This document shows positions 12,179 through 25,228 of a stretch of DNA of 64,000 nt, one piece after another; positions within the stretch are counted from its first letter, which is position 1, and each line of letters begins with the position of its first letter. The notes under the pieces are model-generated. The model saw only the letters and a program-made list of their open reading frames with translations, did no database searches and was not told where the DNA came from. Source of the DNA: Scyliorhinus canicula (lineage: Eukaryota). The stretch covers positions 201,589,703 through 201,653,702 of the forward strand of contig NC_052151.1 in assembly GCF_902713615.1 (NCBI RefSeq), in the 5' to 3' direction. The translations under genes and the position numbers were made by a program.

Positions 12179-12502
12179 CATAGAATTTACAGTGCAGAAG
12201 GAGGCCATTCGGCCCATCGAGTCTACACCGGCTCTTGGAAAGAGCACCCTGCCTAAGGCCAACCCCTCCACCCTATCCCCATAACCCTGTAACCCCAGCC
12301 AACACTAAGGGCAATTTTGGTCACTAAGGGTAATTTATCATGACCAATCCACCTAACCTGCACGTCTTTGGACTGTAGGAGGAAACCGGAGCACCCGGAG
12401 GAAACCCACGCACACACGGGGAGGATGTGCAAACTCCGCACAGAGTGACCCAAGCCTGGAATCGAACCTGGGACCCTGGAGCTGTGAAGCGATTGTGCTA
12501 TC
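12179..12502 (-). mobile_element. V-SINE/HE1-like SINE
   Basis: Reverse-complement V-domain and CR1-type tail. Confidence 0.88.
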
Positions 12503-13075
12503 TTGTAGCAGTTGATCTGGGATCGTAGGTGAAGAAGTAGATGGAGAGTCCAAACACGTACCTACCTCTTCCACTTCCCCAGCAGAGTTAACCGGCAAAC
12601 CAGGAAACACAGGAACTACTTCCTGCTGAACGCCACTAGCAGAACCTTCTCCGAGTCATAACGCAACCAAATATAGCCTTGGTGTCTGCAAACAACCCTT
12701 CTGTGTTGCAGTCTCAGGATTCAAGATACTTGTCTCCTGCTCACTTTTGCTCTGAGATTTGAATGAACCAAATATAGATGGGATTTCGGCCTTCTGCCTA
12801 CCAATGATGCCGCCGGAGCCAACCATGTCGTGGATTGGACAGTGGAACAATACTGGAATAAACAGTGCATGGAATACGCAGTACCACCTGCCACTCTCTT
12901 CCATCTCTCCTTTTCAGAGTTTCAACAGCTCACACCACCAAATCATTCCAAACTGGATGAAATGGCGCAGTACGCACACGGCACAGAACATAGAACATAG
13001 AAAAATACAGCACAGAACAGGCCCTTCGGCCCACGATGTTGTGCCGAACCTTTGTCCCAGATTAGTCATAGATTA

Positions 13076-13420
13076 TCATAGAATTTACAGTGCAGAAGGA
13101 GGCCACTCGGCCCATCGAGTCTGCACCGGCTCTTGGAAAGAGCACCCTACCCAAGCCCACACCTCCACCCCATCCCCATAACCCAGTAACCCCACCCACC
13201 CAGCACTAAGGGCAATTTTGGACACTAAGGGCAATTTATCATGGCCAATCCACCTAACTTGCACATCTTTGGACTGTGGGAGGAAACCGAAGCACCCGGA
13301 GGAAACCCACACAGACACGGGGAGAACGTGCAGACTCTACACAGACAGTGACCCAAGCCGGAATCGAACCTGGGACCCTGGAGCTGTGAAGCAATTGTGC
13401 TATCCACAATGCTACTGTGA
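13076..13420 (-). mobile_element. V-SINE/HE1-like SINE
   Basis: Full head-to-tail match to other copies. Confidence 0.88.
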
Positions 13421-13479
13421 TGCCCTTAAGAAAAAATTAATCTACTCCATTATTTTACCATAATCCATGTACCTAGCCA

Positions 13480-14300
13480 ATAGCCACTTGAAGGTGCCTA
13501 ATGTTTCCGACTAATCTACTTCCACAGGCAGTGCATTCCATGCCCCACTACTCTCTGGGTAAAGAACACCCCCGACATCCCCCGCTATCTTCCACCATTC
13601 ACCTTAAATGTATGTCCCCTTGTAATGGTTTGTCCCACCTGGGGAAAAAAGTCTCTGACTGTCTACTCTATCTAATCTCCTGATCATCTTATAAACCTCT
13701 ATCAAGTCGCCCCTCATCCTTCCCCGTTCTAATGAGAAAAGGCCTAGCACCCTCAACCTTTCCTCGTAAGACCTACTCTCCACTCCAGGCAACATCCTGG
13801 TAAATCTCCTTCGTACCTTTTCCAAAGCTTCCACATCCTTCCTAAAATGGGGCAGCACGGTGGCCTAGTGGTTAGCACAACCGCCTCACGGCGCTGAGGT
13901 CCCAGGTTCTATCCCGGCTCTGGGTCACTGTCCGTGTGGAGTTTGCACATTCTCCCTGTGTCTGCGTGGGTTTCGGCCCACACAACCCAAAAATGTGCAA
14001 AGTAGGTGGATTGGCCACGCTAAATTGCCCCTTAATTGGAAAAAATAATTGGGTAATCTAAAATTTAAAAAAAAAATCCTTCCTAAAATGAGGCGACCAG
14101 AACTGCACACAGTACTCCAAATGTGGCCTTCCCAAGGTTTTGTCCAGCTGCATCATCACCTCACGGCTCTTAAATTCAATCCCTCTGCTGATGAACGCTA
14201 GCACACCATAGGCCTTCTTCACAGCTCTATCCACTTGAGTGGCAACTTTCAAAGATCTATGAACATAGACCACAAGATCTCTCTGCTCCTCCACATTGCC
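13480..14300 (-). mobile_element. CR1 ORF2 fragment interrupted by a SINE
   Basis: HLEYCVQFWSPHFRKD / KDVEALEKVRRRFTRMLPG on either side of the SINE. Confidence 0.88.
13850..14075 (+). mobile_element. Short V-SINE with 15-bp TSD
   Basis: atccttcctaaaatg at 13835-13849 and 14076-14090; A-rich tail. Confidence 0.92.
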
Positions 14301-14859
14301 AAGAACCCTACCGTGAACCACAATTACCTCTGCAATTCTTGAAACAATTCACTTGTAAATGTAGTGTTGTTACCTGACACAAGTGAATCTGGTAGACCAT
14401 GAACCAGATTTCTTCTGGTTGAAGAAATTTAACGCAGCTTCTCAATTGTTACAGGAATTGCAATATTATTCTGTGATGAGAGCTTCCAACCATTTCAAGT
14501 CTGCGTCTACGGCAACCAAAAACATGTGGTTCGTAAAAGGTCCCACAAAGCACGCACAAAGTCAGGACCACAGCCTATCAGGCCACTACCAAGGATGGAC
14601 GGGCCATCTTCTGGTTCATCTGACATGCTGAACAGGATTTCAGATTGCTCTCCAAGTCCAGGTCCATATTAGGCCACCAAATAGACGACCTGGCTAAACT
14701 TTCCATTCTGGAAGCACTAAGATGAGCCTGATTAATTTCCGACATGACCTGCGAATGAGCAGGGGGCGAACGACTATCCGCGACTCCGTAGTATGCATCC
14801 ACCCTGCACACTTAACACACCCTGCCCTTCACACAGGGTTTCAACTCATCATCTTCTAA

Positions 14860-15130
14860 TAATAATCTTTATTAGTGTCACAAGTAGGCTTACATTAACA
14901 CTGCAATGAAGTTACTGTGAAAAGCCCCTAGTCGCCACATTCCGGCGCCTGTTCGGGTCCACAGAGGGTGAATTCAGAATGTCCAATTCACCCTAACAGC
15001 ACGTATTTCGGGACTTGTGGGAGGAAACCGGAGCACCCGGAGGAAACCCACGCAGACACGGGGAGAACGTGCAGACTCCACACAGACAGTGACCCAAGCC
15101 GGGAATCGAACACGGGTCCCTGGCGCTGTC
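14860..15130 (-). mobile_element. V-SINE, alternative 3' tail subfamily
   Basis: V-domain plus tail cttttcacagtaacttcattgcagtgttaatgtaagcctacttgtgaca; same type at 18019-18322, 39233-39535 and 47975-48190. Confidence 0.82.
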
Positions 15131-15474
15131 GCTGTGATCGTTGGCCATTCTTGCATTAGAAATCTTTTAACTTGAGACAGAATACATCTCTGTGCATCCA
15201 CTGCTTAATCTGCTTCGCACTTAGTGGAACACGTGCCAGTCCCTTGATAAGAAGGTCCTCTCGGGAGGACACAATACCTCGAATGGAAAATTCGGTAACG
15301 GCAGACGACTCAATGTGTCCGCATTTTTGTTGTTTTTTTCCAGTTCTGGACACGGTATTATGCCTGGTACACTGACAATGTAAGCACCCAGCCCTGTATT
15401 CGTGCTCTGGTCAGGGGAGGAACACATTCCGACTCACTGAAATTAATCATCAACAGCTTGTGGCCAGTACATAT

Positions 15475-17233
15475 TGTCATGTGACTGTCCCTTTAAGAAA
15501 AGTTGTGTCTTATCACATGACTTGTCGCACAGCTTCAGTGATGTCATCTGTGGGTGGAGCCCGGGCTGTGGCTGTCAGGCGAGAGGGGTTTTAGTGTCGG
15601 GGTTTCAGTTCTGTTTGTTGCTTTGGACTGCAGAAGAGAAGCAGCGTTTCCCTGTTTTCATTTTAAAACTGTCCCAGGGAACTGAAAGCACATTGGGTGT
15701 GGCAATCTGCTTTGGTGACGTTAAAAATAGAACTGCCTTCAGGAAGGAATTTTTAATCTGCTGGGTTTTAAATAGCACAGGCCCTTCGGCCCTCGATGTT
15801 GCGCTGACCTGTGAAACCCCTCTAAAGCCCATCTACACTATTCCCTTATCGTCCATATGTCTATCCAATCACCATTTGAATGCGTTTAGTGTTGGCGAGT
15901 CCACTACCGCTGCAGGCAGGGCATTCCACACCCTTACTACTCTCTGAGTAAAGAACCTACCTCTGACATCTGTCCTGTATCTATCTCCCCTCAATTTAAA
16001 GCTATGTCCCCTCGTGCTGGACATCACCACCCGAGGAAAAAGGCTCTCACTGTCCACCTAAATATTGTTTTGATATAAGCGTCTGTGAAGTCTGATGAAA
16101 TCACACCTGAAGTGAAGGCTCTTGTTCTCATCCTAGCCAAATTCAACGTAAAGGTTAGAGGTCAGGTGAACTTTATGATACAATGGAGTTTCTCAGCCCT
16201 GGCCCATAACAAACTGGGGGTTCAGCCAGGAAAAAAGTCTATATTTAGTGATTGGGTTGGCTTAGTGAACCCAGAGACAGTGAGGGGTGAGCATATTTGT
16301 GTTTGCTTTTCAGGTGCTGTATCCAAGTTTAAATAGAGAGTGTGTTGTGGACAATGGATCTTTCGGAGGATTTTGGGGGTGAAGCAGGTTCGATGGCGGA
16401 AGACATAGAACTGAAATGGACTATATTACTGTAAATGTTTGTCTGTTTTGATTTTATGAAATGTATGTACGTTTATTGTCAAAGGCTAGTAATGAGCAAG
16501 TGAAAAGAGTTGAAAAATGAAACCACCTTTGAAGTTGATGGGTTTTTTTTCTTGTGGGGAGGTGTCATGTGAGTGCCTCTTTAAGAAACATTTTGTCTTA
16601 TCACATGACTTGCCGCACGGCTTCAGTTAAGTCATTTGTGGGTGGAGCCGGGCTGTGGCTGTCAGATGAGAGGGGTTTAGTGATTGGGTTTCAGTTTTGG
16701 TTGATTGCTTTGGCGTGCAGAAGAGAAGCAGTGTTTCCCTGTTTTCATTTTAAAGCTGTTCCAGGGAACTGAAAGCACATTGGGTTTGGTAACTTTAAAG
16801 ATATAGTTGCTTTCCGGAAGGAGTTTTGAATCTGCTGGTTGGAACTGGATCAGAATCTCAGGGAAAGGACCTGTCCCATTTAAGTGAGATTACAGTGTGC
16901 TGGGCCACACCCTTGAAAGGTTGTTTTGGTTTATTGGATTTTGTTATTGAATTGGAACAGTTACTAAGGGGGATTCATTAAGAGTTACATACAATACTGT
17001 AGCTGTTGTGTTTTCTTTATGTTTGCAATTAATAACAAATTCTAGCTGTGTTTCAAATATGTTAATTACATTCTTATAATAAACATTGCTTTGATAAAAG
17101 TGTCTCGGAAGTCTGTTGAATCACACCTGAAGTGAAGGCTCTTGTTCTCATCCTAGCCAAATTCAACATAAAAGTTACAGGTCAGGTGGACATCATAATA
17201 CACTTTGGAGTTTCTAAGCACTGGCCCATAACA
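15475..17233 (+). mobile_element. Miniature two-LTR element (internally deleted Gypsy, TRIM-like)
   Basis: LTR1 15475-16211 (contains a CR1 piece 15775-16060) and LTR2 16563-17233, both tgtcatgtga...cccataaca. PBS-like tgggggttcagcc at 16215, PPT ggggagg, 351-bp internal region, TSD ATAT at 15471-15474 and 17234-17237. Confidence 0.9.
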
Positions 17234-18018
17234 ATATGATGAACGAACGGCCATAGAGGTATGACTGATGGAATCTTTCTACCACAAAAACGATAGCTAG
17301 ACCTTCTTTGTTAAACTGTGAATACTTCCTTTCAGCCTTTGACAGTGTTCTTGATTAAATACCAATGATTTTTTTTGTCCACAGTACATGAGAAAGTACC
17401 GCCCCCACACCACAGGGTAAGCTTCGCATGACAGAATATGTTTCCTGTGCGGATCAAAATAGGCTAGCAGGTCAGTCAATTGCAGCAGCGCTTTCACATC
17501 TTTGAAAGCCGCCTTCTGTGCAGACTCCCACTTCCACTTGCTTTCTTTTAGCAGAAGTAGGTGCGGTGGAGCTAACACTGTCGACTGGCTGGGAATAATT
17601 TCACGCAATAACTTACCAAAAATGACTTGAGCTCTGACATGTTCCGGAGCTTCCATAATCGCTCAAACCTTCCCTTCCACAGGAGATAAACCTAATGCAG
17701 TGGTTGTGTGGCTGGGATATTCCATGCTCGGTGCCTGAAAATTGCACCTCTTCTGTTTCAGATACAGTCCTGCCTCTGAAAACCTTTTTAAAACTTGACC
17801 CAGGTTGCTGAGGTGTTGCTCCTCAGTCCTACCCTAAATTAAAATGTCATCTAGGTAGGCTGCAGCATGGGGAATGACTTGTCACAAGGTTGAGCATCGT
17901 CCTTTGGAATGTCGCCAGAGTGGAGGAAATGCCGGAAACCAAACGATTCGACTTGAACAACCCTCTGTGTGTGTTGATGGTCGTGTACTGCTTCGAACCT
18001 TCCTCCAGCAAGAGTTGG

Positions 18019-18630
18019 CACAGTAGCACAGTGGTTAGCACTGTTGCTTCACAGCGCCGTGGCCCCGGGTTCGAATCCCGTTGGGGACACTGTCTCTGAG
18101 GAGTTTGCATGTTCTCCCTGTGTCTGCGTGGGTTTCCTCCGGGCGCTCCGGTTTCCTCCCACAAGTGCCGAAAGACGTGCTTGTTATGTGAATTGGACAT
18201 TCTGAATTCTCCCTCTGTGTACCCGAACAGGCGCCGGAATGTGGCGATTAGCGGCTTTTCACAGTAATGTCATTGCAGTGTTAATGTGAGCCGACTTGTG
18301 ACAATAAAAATTATTATTATTATACATAGACATAGAATTTACAGTGCAGAAGGAGGCCATTCGGCCCATCGAGCCTGCACTGACTCCTGGAAAGAGCACC
18401 CTACCCAAGGTCAACACCTCCACCCTATCCCCATAACCCAGTAACCCCACCCAACACAAAGGGCAATTTTGGACACTAAGGGCAATTTATCATGGCCAAT
18501 CCACCTAACCCGTTCATCTTTGGACTGTGGGAGGAAACCGGAGCACCCGGAGGAAACCCACACACACACGGGGAGGATGTGCAGACTCCGCACAGACAGT
18601 GACGCAAGCCAGAATCGAACCTGGGACCCT
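18019..18630. mobile_element. Two tail-to-tail V-SINEs (18019-18322 +, 18328-18630 -)
   Basis: V-domains on opposite strands with abutting tails. Confidence 0.85.
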
Positions 18631-20679
18631 GGGACCCTGTTGATAGAGCAGGCTCAAGTCCAGTTTTGAAAATGTCTTGCCTTCCACAATTGTTCAAAAT
18701 AAATCGTCCACCCTAGGTAATGGATAAACTTTGAAATCTGGTTAATGCCAAACTTGTAGTCACCACATATGCACACCCTACCATCAGCCTTAAGGACAGG
18801 AACGATTGGAGCTGCCCAATGAGAAAATTGAATGGGCTCAATGATTCCTCCTCCACTTCCCTTCGCATGGAATGGGGCGCTCTCCTGGGCTTGGAAAAGC
18901 GAGGAGTACCTGATCTATGTTCAACTTCACAGTAGGACCACGCAATGTATCTAGTTCATTCTTGAACACCTCCGAATACTTCTTGACAACATCCTCGGTC
19001 ACCCCACTGCAATAGAATTTTGCTCAGCCAGTCCCGCCCAAGCAAACTTTGACCAGAAGGAGATGTGTACTTGTTTCTTGACTGTTGCCCGCAATATGGA
19101 CTTCCAACATGCCAACAAACGGAATGGGCTCCCTGTTGTCCTGAGTTTGATTTCTGCCGGATAAAGGGCTGGTGATCGGTTAGAATCCCAAGTCAACTGG
19201 TAGATCCCTCCACTAATTACGGATGCGGAGCCTCATGTCCATCTCCGCCTTGACTTGCTTCCCATACCGCCACTGTTGTATAAAGAGGCTCTGCTCATGC
19301 ATTGTTCACATTAAACATGTTGTAAGGATGACCCTCTGCCTGCTCTGAGCTTTCCACGTGGTATGGAGCTGCTTGAGGCTTCCTCAAATTAAAATTTTCT
19401 TGCTCCGTATTCACCTTGCTTTTCACACCCCCGCATTTCTTCGCTAAATGTCTCTTCCTTTTTGCATTGGAGACAAACAACATCCAGAAATGTGCAATTA
19501 TAGACCTAGTGTGGCCCTCCGCAGCTAAAACATTCCACTGCTTTCAGTTTTCCCTGGAAACTTCTTTCTGTAATTGGTGTAGTACCCCCTGCTTGGCACT
19601 ATTATTAGCCTGCTGAAAAGCCCTGGCATTGCTGGCAGCTATTTCTGAACCCTGAGGTTCAGAGCTTTCTTAAAGATAAGTGTGGCTTCACTCAATAACT
19701 GACGCTGAATGTTGCCTTTGTTAATGCCGCAGGCCAGCCTCTCTCAAAGCATATCATCTAAAACTGTTCCAAAATCACAGCGTTCTGAAAGCTGCCACAA
19801 TTCTCCCACAGAATTCGCTATCAGTCGACCTGCATTTTTGAAAATGATTATGAAATTTGAATGTCTGAACGATCACCAAGGGCTTTGGATGATAGAGGTT
19901 CTAGTCCAGAACGACTAAGTCTGAAAATGAAATCTGCCCTGGTTTGCGTGGCGTGGCCAGATTCCTCATCAACTTGTTCACCCCCCCCCCCCCCCCACAC
20001 GTGGGAGAATCAAACGCTGCTTTGCAGCATCTTCCGCTCCATTTGCTCAAAAGAAGTGCTGTAGCCTCTCCTCATATTCTGCCCAGTCCTCACTTCGTTC
20101 ATTAATCTCTCCTCCTGTCCTAAACAAAGCCATAGTGTTGCTAACTCAAACTTTCATCGAATAAATTCACAAAGAAACTAGATACCTGTATTCACTGTAT
20201 GCACCCTGGTGTTGCCAAATCGAACAATAAGAAAAATGTGGTTTCTCTCTCGTCACTAAAGATTTGTTGACTTGATACGACAAATAAGTGAGTCAAATGC
20301 ATTGTTTAAAAGGAACGTCTTTGTATCAATAAATAACAATGTTTAACAATATCAGTAATAACTATGAAAACAGCTCTCGTAAAAAAGGTGTAACTTGCAG
20401 AACACACTCTTACAGACTATATTAGCCTACCCAATGCCTATTCACAGCCCTCAACAGACACCAGGAAAACAATTACATAGGAGAAAGGCTTATAAGAACA
20501 CTTTTCTCTTCCACTTTGCTCTCTCCCCGATTCTCTCTCTCTCCCACTTATCTCTCTCCCCCTTTTGTCTCTTCCACTTTTCTTTCTCCCCTTTTCTCAC
20601 TCCCATTATGTTGCTTTCTATATTTTCTCCTGTTTCTCTCTCTCTGCCTCAGTCAGTCGCTCTCTCTCGATTTCCATTT

Positions 20680-20990
20680 TGAATGTGTGCAGCTCCAACA
20701 ACACTCAAGAAGCTGGACATCATCCAGGACAAAGCAGCCCACATAACCTCTGCCCCACCCACCGACATTCAAAGCCTCCACCACCGACGAACAGTGGCAG
20801 CCGTGTGTACCATCTACAAGATGCACTGCAGTAACTCACCTGGGTTCCCTCAGGCAGCACCTTCCAAACCCACGACCACTACCATCTAGAAAGACAAGGA
20901 CAGCAGATCCAGGGAACCCTGCACCTGGAAGTTCTCCTCCAAGTCACTGCCCATCCTGATTTGGAAATATATCGCCGTTCCTGTACTGCC
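20680..20990 (+). mobile_element. CR1-like LINE 3' fragment (second family)
   Basis: AAPTTLKKLDIIQDKAAH...HHRRTVAAVCTIYKMHCSNSP; similar piece at about 52600-52790. Confidence 0.75.
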
Positions 20991-21009
20991 CCTTTACCTA
21001 CTTCCTCGT

Positions 21010-21362
21010 CGCCATTCAAGGCCCCAAACAATCCTTTCAGGCTAGCAGTGTTTCAGTTGCAATTCCTTCAATTTAGTTTATTGCTGATCCCTATTTGGTC
21101 TCTTCTACACTGGGGAGACTGAATGCAGACGGAGTAACTGCTTTGCACAATACCTTCGTTCAGACTGCAAACCAGATCACACCTTCCAATTCCTTGCCGT
21201 TTTAACCCAGCACCTTGCTCCCGTGTCCATATACCTGCCCTTGTCCTGCTGCAATGTTCCAGTGAAGCCGGTCGCAAGCTGGAGGAGCAGATCTCATCTT
21301 CCGGTCGGGCAGGTTGCAGCCCTCCAGACTCAATGTAGAGGTCAGCAACTTTAGATTGTGAA
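21010..21362 (+). mobile_element. Penelope-like element GIY-YIG endonuclease relic
   Basis: Frameshifted translation gives IQGPKQSFQ, FYTGET and EAGRKLEEQ/LIFRSGRLQPSRLNVEVSNFRL, resembling the Penelope C-terminus. Confidence 0.75.
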
Positions 21363-21394
21363 TCTCCTCCTCTTCTAAAATATCTCATCCACAG

Positions 21395-22430
21395 AAACAT
21401 AGAAAATAGGAGCAGGAGGAGGCCATTCGGCCCTTCCAGCTGCTCCGCCATTCATTCTGATCATGGCTGATCATCAAGTTTAATACCCTGATCCCACCTT
21501 CTCCCTATATCCCTTTGATCCCTTTCGCCCCGAGAGCTATATTTAATTCCTTCTTGAAATTACACAACGTTTTGGCCTCAACTACTTTCTGTGGTAGCGA
21601 ATTCCAGAATCTCCACTCTCTGGGTGAAGAAATGCCTCCTCACCGCAATCCTAAAAGGTTTACCCCTTATCCTCAAACTCTGACCCCTAGTTCGGGACTC
21701 CCCCCACCATCGGGAACATTCTTTCTGAATCTACCCTGTCTAACCCTGTTAGGATTTTGTAAGTTTCAATGAGATCCTCTCTCACTCTTCTAAACTCCAA
21801 TAATCCTCATATGAGTCTCTCTTCGTGCGACAGTCCCGCCATCCCTGGAATCAGTCTGGTAAACCTTCGCCGCACTCCCGTGAGAGCAAGAACATTCTTC
21901 CCCAGATAATGACACCAAAACTGCTCACAATATTCCAGGTGTGGCCTCACCAATACCCAATACAATTGCAGTAAAACATCTCTATTCCTATACTCGAATC
22001 CCCTCGCTATGAAGGCTAACAGACCATTTGCCGCCTTTACTGCCTGCTCTACCTGTGCGCTAACTTTCAGCGACTGACACTCGAGGGCTGAGTGTCCACC
22101 TCTCTCAATTTACACCCATTCAAATAATAATCTGCCTCCCTATTTTTGCTATCAAAGTGGATGACCTCATTTATCCACATTATACTGGATCTACCATGCA
22201 CGTGCCCACTCACTCAGCCTGTCCAAATCCCGCTGATCCATCTCTGCATCCTCCTCACAGCTCACCCTCCCACCCAACTTTGTGTCATTTGCAAATTTGG
22301 AGATAACACATTTAGATCCCTCGTCCGAATCATTGATATACAATCTGAACAGTTGGGGTCCCAGCACCGATCCCTGTGGTACCCCACTAGTCACCGCCTG
22401 CCAATCAGAAGAAGGCCTATGTATTGCCTC
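21395..22430 (-). mobile_element. CR1 LINE 3' fragment
   Basis: WQAVTSGVPQGSVLGPQLFRLYINDSDEG...SKFANDTKLGG (RT motif region) and a 3' tail. Confidence 0.88.
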
Positions 22431-22741
22431 AATGCAATCCCCCCTCCCTCCCCCCAAACCAGGTCATCTGTCTCTTGTTCTTAAAGTTGCTACTTTTTGT
22501 TACAATCTCTCACAGCTACATTTTACTATCTAACACATTCTCCCTCCCTTCGGTTCCAACGAAGAGGTGAAAGGACCCGGAACGTTAACTCTGTTTTTCC
22601 CCTCCTTACAGGTGCTGCCAGACCTGCTGAGTTTATCCAGCCGTCTGTTCTTGTTGGGGAGGTGGGGATTGTTCCCGTTGGACCCAGCACCCAGGCCTCC
22701 CTGGAGAGAGAGTTTAGCCCTCACAATGGCTTTCTGGTGAC

Positions 22742-23032
22742 TATCATGGATTCCCTACAGTGCAGAAGGAGGCCATTCGGCCCATCGAATCTGCAACAAA
22801 GCCTTGGAAAGAGCACCCCATCCTGGGCCCGATTCACACCCTACTCTTGCAAACCACCTGGAAGGGCAAATCCACCAATCTTTGGACTGTGGGAGGAAAC
22901 CGGAGCACCTGGAGAAAACCCACGCAGGTATGGAGCAAATGTGCAAACTCCATACTGACAGTCGCCCGGGGTGGGAATTGAACTCGGCTCCTTGCCGCTG
23001 TGAGGCAGCAGTGCTAATCACCGTGCCGCCAG
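22742..23032 (-). mobile_element. V-SINE, diverged
   Basis: Head, V-domain and tail recognisable. Confidence 0.8.
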
Positions 23033-23349
23033 AATTAGCTGGATCTTTTTTGGAGAGTTAGTTGGATTCCTTCACCGGTTGCGAGAAACAAAACTCAAGC
23101 CTTGAAGCTCTGAAAACATTCCAGTGGGATCAGATCTAATCACCGCCTGTTATCGAGCGTGGCACAGCCCTTTGTGCCAATTCATCGGCCACCATCCAAT
23201 CAATCAAGCCGAGTGCTCACTAATCTCTCTGTTATTGGCCAAACTCCCAATTTAAACCAGCACAGTCTTCCAGATTCTCCTGCTTGTGATAAAGGTACAG
23301 GCGTCTTGCATTAAAGTCACAGGTCCATTAATCATCCATGATTAATCAC

Positions 23350-23673
23350 CTAGTAATCCAGAAACCCAGAGTCAGGCTCTGGGGGCCCAGGTTCGAATCC
23401 CGCAATGACAGAGGGTGAAATTTAAATTCAAGGAAAAATAAATCTGGAATTAAAGGTCTCGGGATGACCATCGTCCACGGTCGATTGTCGGAAAAACCCA
23501 TCTGGTTCACTAATGTCCTTCAGGGAAGGAAATCTGTCGATTGTACCTGGTCTGGCAGACATGTGACTCCAGATCCACAGCAATGTGGTCGACTCTCAAT
23601 TTCCCTCAGGGATGGGCAACAAATGCTGGGCCCAGCCAGAGGCGCCCACTTCCCGTGAACGGATAAAAAAAAA
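23350..23673 (+). mobile_element. SacSINE1-like SINE
   Basis: Core acccatctggttcactaatgtccttcagggaaggaaatctg...catgtgactccagatccacagcaatgtgg with poly-A end. Confidence 0.75.
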
Positions 23674-23705
23674 GTTTAAAATTATTTCAATTGAAACAAT
23701 GTGCA

Positions 23706-24502
23706 GGAATGGCGGCGACACAGTGGGTTAGCACTGCTGCCTCAAGGCACTGAGGTCCCAGGTTCGATCCCGGCTCTGGGCCACTGTCCGCATGGAGTTT
23801 GCACATTCTCCCCGTGTCTGCGTGGGTTTCACCCCCACAACCCAAAGGTGTGCAGGGTAGCTGGATTGGCCATGCTAAATTGCCCCTTAATTGGAAAAAA
23901 TGAATTGGGTGCTGTAACATTTTTTTAAAAAGAAACAATGTGCAGGGGAAACGTGGAAAAGGCAGGAAAGTAGCACTAAGTCATGATGCTTGTTGGAGAG
24001 CAATTGCAGAGATGAAGGGCTCAATGGTTTCCTTCTAGCCATAGAATCATTACAGTGCAGGAGGTGACCATTCAGCCCATTGAATCTCCACCGACCCATC
24101 GAAAGAACATCCTGCCTAGTCCCACATCCCCGCCCTGTGCACAGATAATAGCCAATCCACCTAGCCTGCACAGCCTTGGACTGTGAATCATAGAATAGAA
24201 TCATGACAGAGCAGGAGGCCACTCAGCCATTGACGCTGCACCGACCCACCGAACGTGCACCCTACTAGGCTCCCCCACTGTATTCCCGTAGCCTGATTGA
24301 ACCGTTGGACACTAAGGGGCAATTTAGCATGGCCAACCCAACTAACCTGCACATTTTTGGATTGTGGGAGGAAACCGGAGCACCCGGAGGAAACCCACGC
24401 AGACACGGGGAGGTCGTGCAGACTCCACACAGTCACCTGAGGTGTGAATCGAACACGGGTCCCAGGTGCTGTGGTGCAGCAATGCTAACCACTGTGCCAC
24501 CC
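23706..24502. mobile_element. V-SINE cluster (23706-23925 +; 24040-24185 tail; 24195-24502 -)
   Basis: V-domains. The 24195-24502 copy corresponds to 58135-58478 in copy B, so it predates the gene duplication. Confidence 0.8.
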
Positions 24503-24715
24503 CTCTGCACCATTTAATTGTGAGATTCTGTGATCTCCTCACTGTTCGTCTTCCAATCTTGAAAAGCTGGACAAAATAACACCTTCAACATTAACCATTC
24601 CAGGGGTAACAGCCCGGTCTCTTGAAGCTGAACCCTTGGGTTCCCGCAGTTATCTCTCAGTCCACTCCATTCCCTACTCCAGCTTCCCCCTGTCAGATAC
24701 AAGGTTGACACTGAC

Positions 24716-25006
24716 CTTCCTGAGTGTGTTGACATGGTTTATCTTTACTGAACACTGTGCTCTCCTCACTGACAGGGTTCTGGGCTGTGCACAGGTAGTT
24801 GATGGAGTCGGAACTTCCCACCGACAATTCCAACTGCTCCATATTCCTGGAGACAGGCTGAATGGAATCATTCCTGTCAAAGTATCCAACTGGAGACCAG
24901 CTATAGAGGACACGATCTCCCCTCTCCACAGAGCAGCGCAGGGTCACCATACAGGGCTGACCAATGGTGGTGTTGACCAACTCCACTCGAGGCTTGGATA
25001 CAGGCT
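24716..25006 (-). CDS. CD2/SLAM-family receptor copy A, IgC2 exon
   Basis: Acceptor ctttgttcacacag, donor GTCAGT, 291 nt, phase 1-1. EPVSKP...CMVTLRC...YSW...YLCTAQNPVS...KPC has four Cys and the PVSKP and CxAxNPVS motifs of the SLAM C2 domain. Confidence 0.93.
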
Positions 25007-25064
25007 CTGTGTGAACAAAGAGAGGCTGTGAGTGAGTGTGGATCGGAAAAGCTCCTGGCCTGGA

Positions 25065-25228
25065 CTCTCCCCTCTGAGAGAGACGGGACCCTGAGACTCC
25101 TGTCTCCAGACCCTCCCCTCGGTGGGAGACGGGACGGAGAGACTCCTGTCCCCAGACTCTCCCCTCGGTGGGAGACGGGACGGAGAGACTCCTGTCCCCA
25201 GACTCTCCCCTCGGTGGGAGACAGGACC
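25065..25228. repeat. 46-bp VNTR in the IgV-IgC2 intron of copy A (about 3.5 units)
   Basis: Unit gagactcctgtccccagactctcccctcggtgggagacgggacgga. Confidence 0.9.

Larger units (their letters stand above)
11780..20500 (-). mobile_element. Old Ty3/Gypsy element (host of nested insertions)
   Basis: Diverged LTR pair about 11780-12053 and 20265-20500; PPT-like tttctttcccctt at 12054. Integrase Zn-finger relic (SLARSSIWWPNMD...CSACQ) near 14600-14800; RNase H 15140-15470 and 17240-17650; RT near 17900; gag zinc-knuckle-like near 19400. Splits a CR1 fragment (11600-11780 | 20680-20990). No clear TSD. Confidence 0.75.

Noticed and set aside
24693-24715. Stop shortly after the IgC2 donor as evidence of a secreted isoform
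   Set aside because: Nearby in-frame stops in introns are expected by chance, and I did not identify a supporting poly(A) signal.
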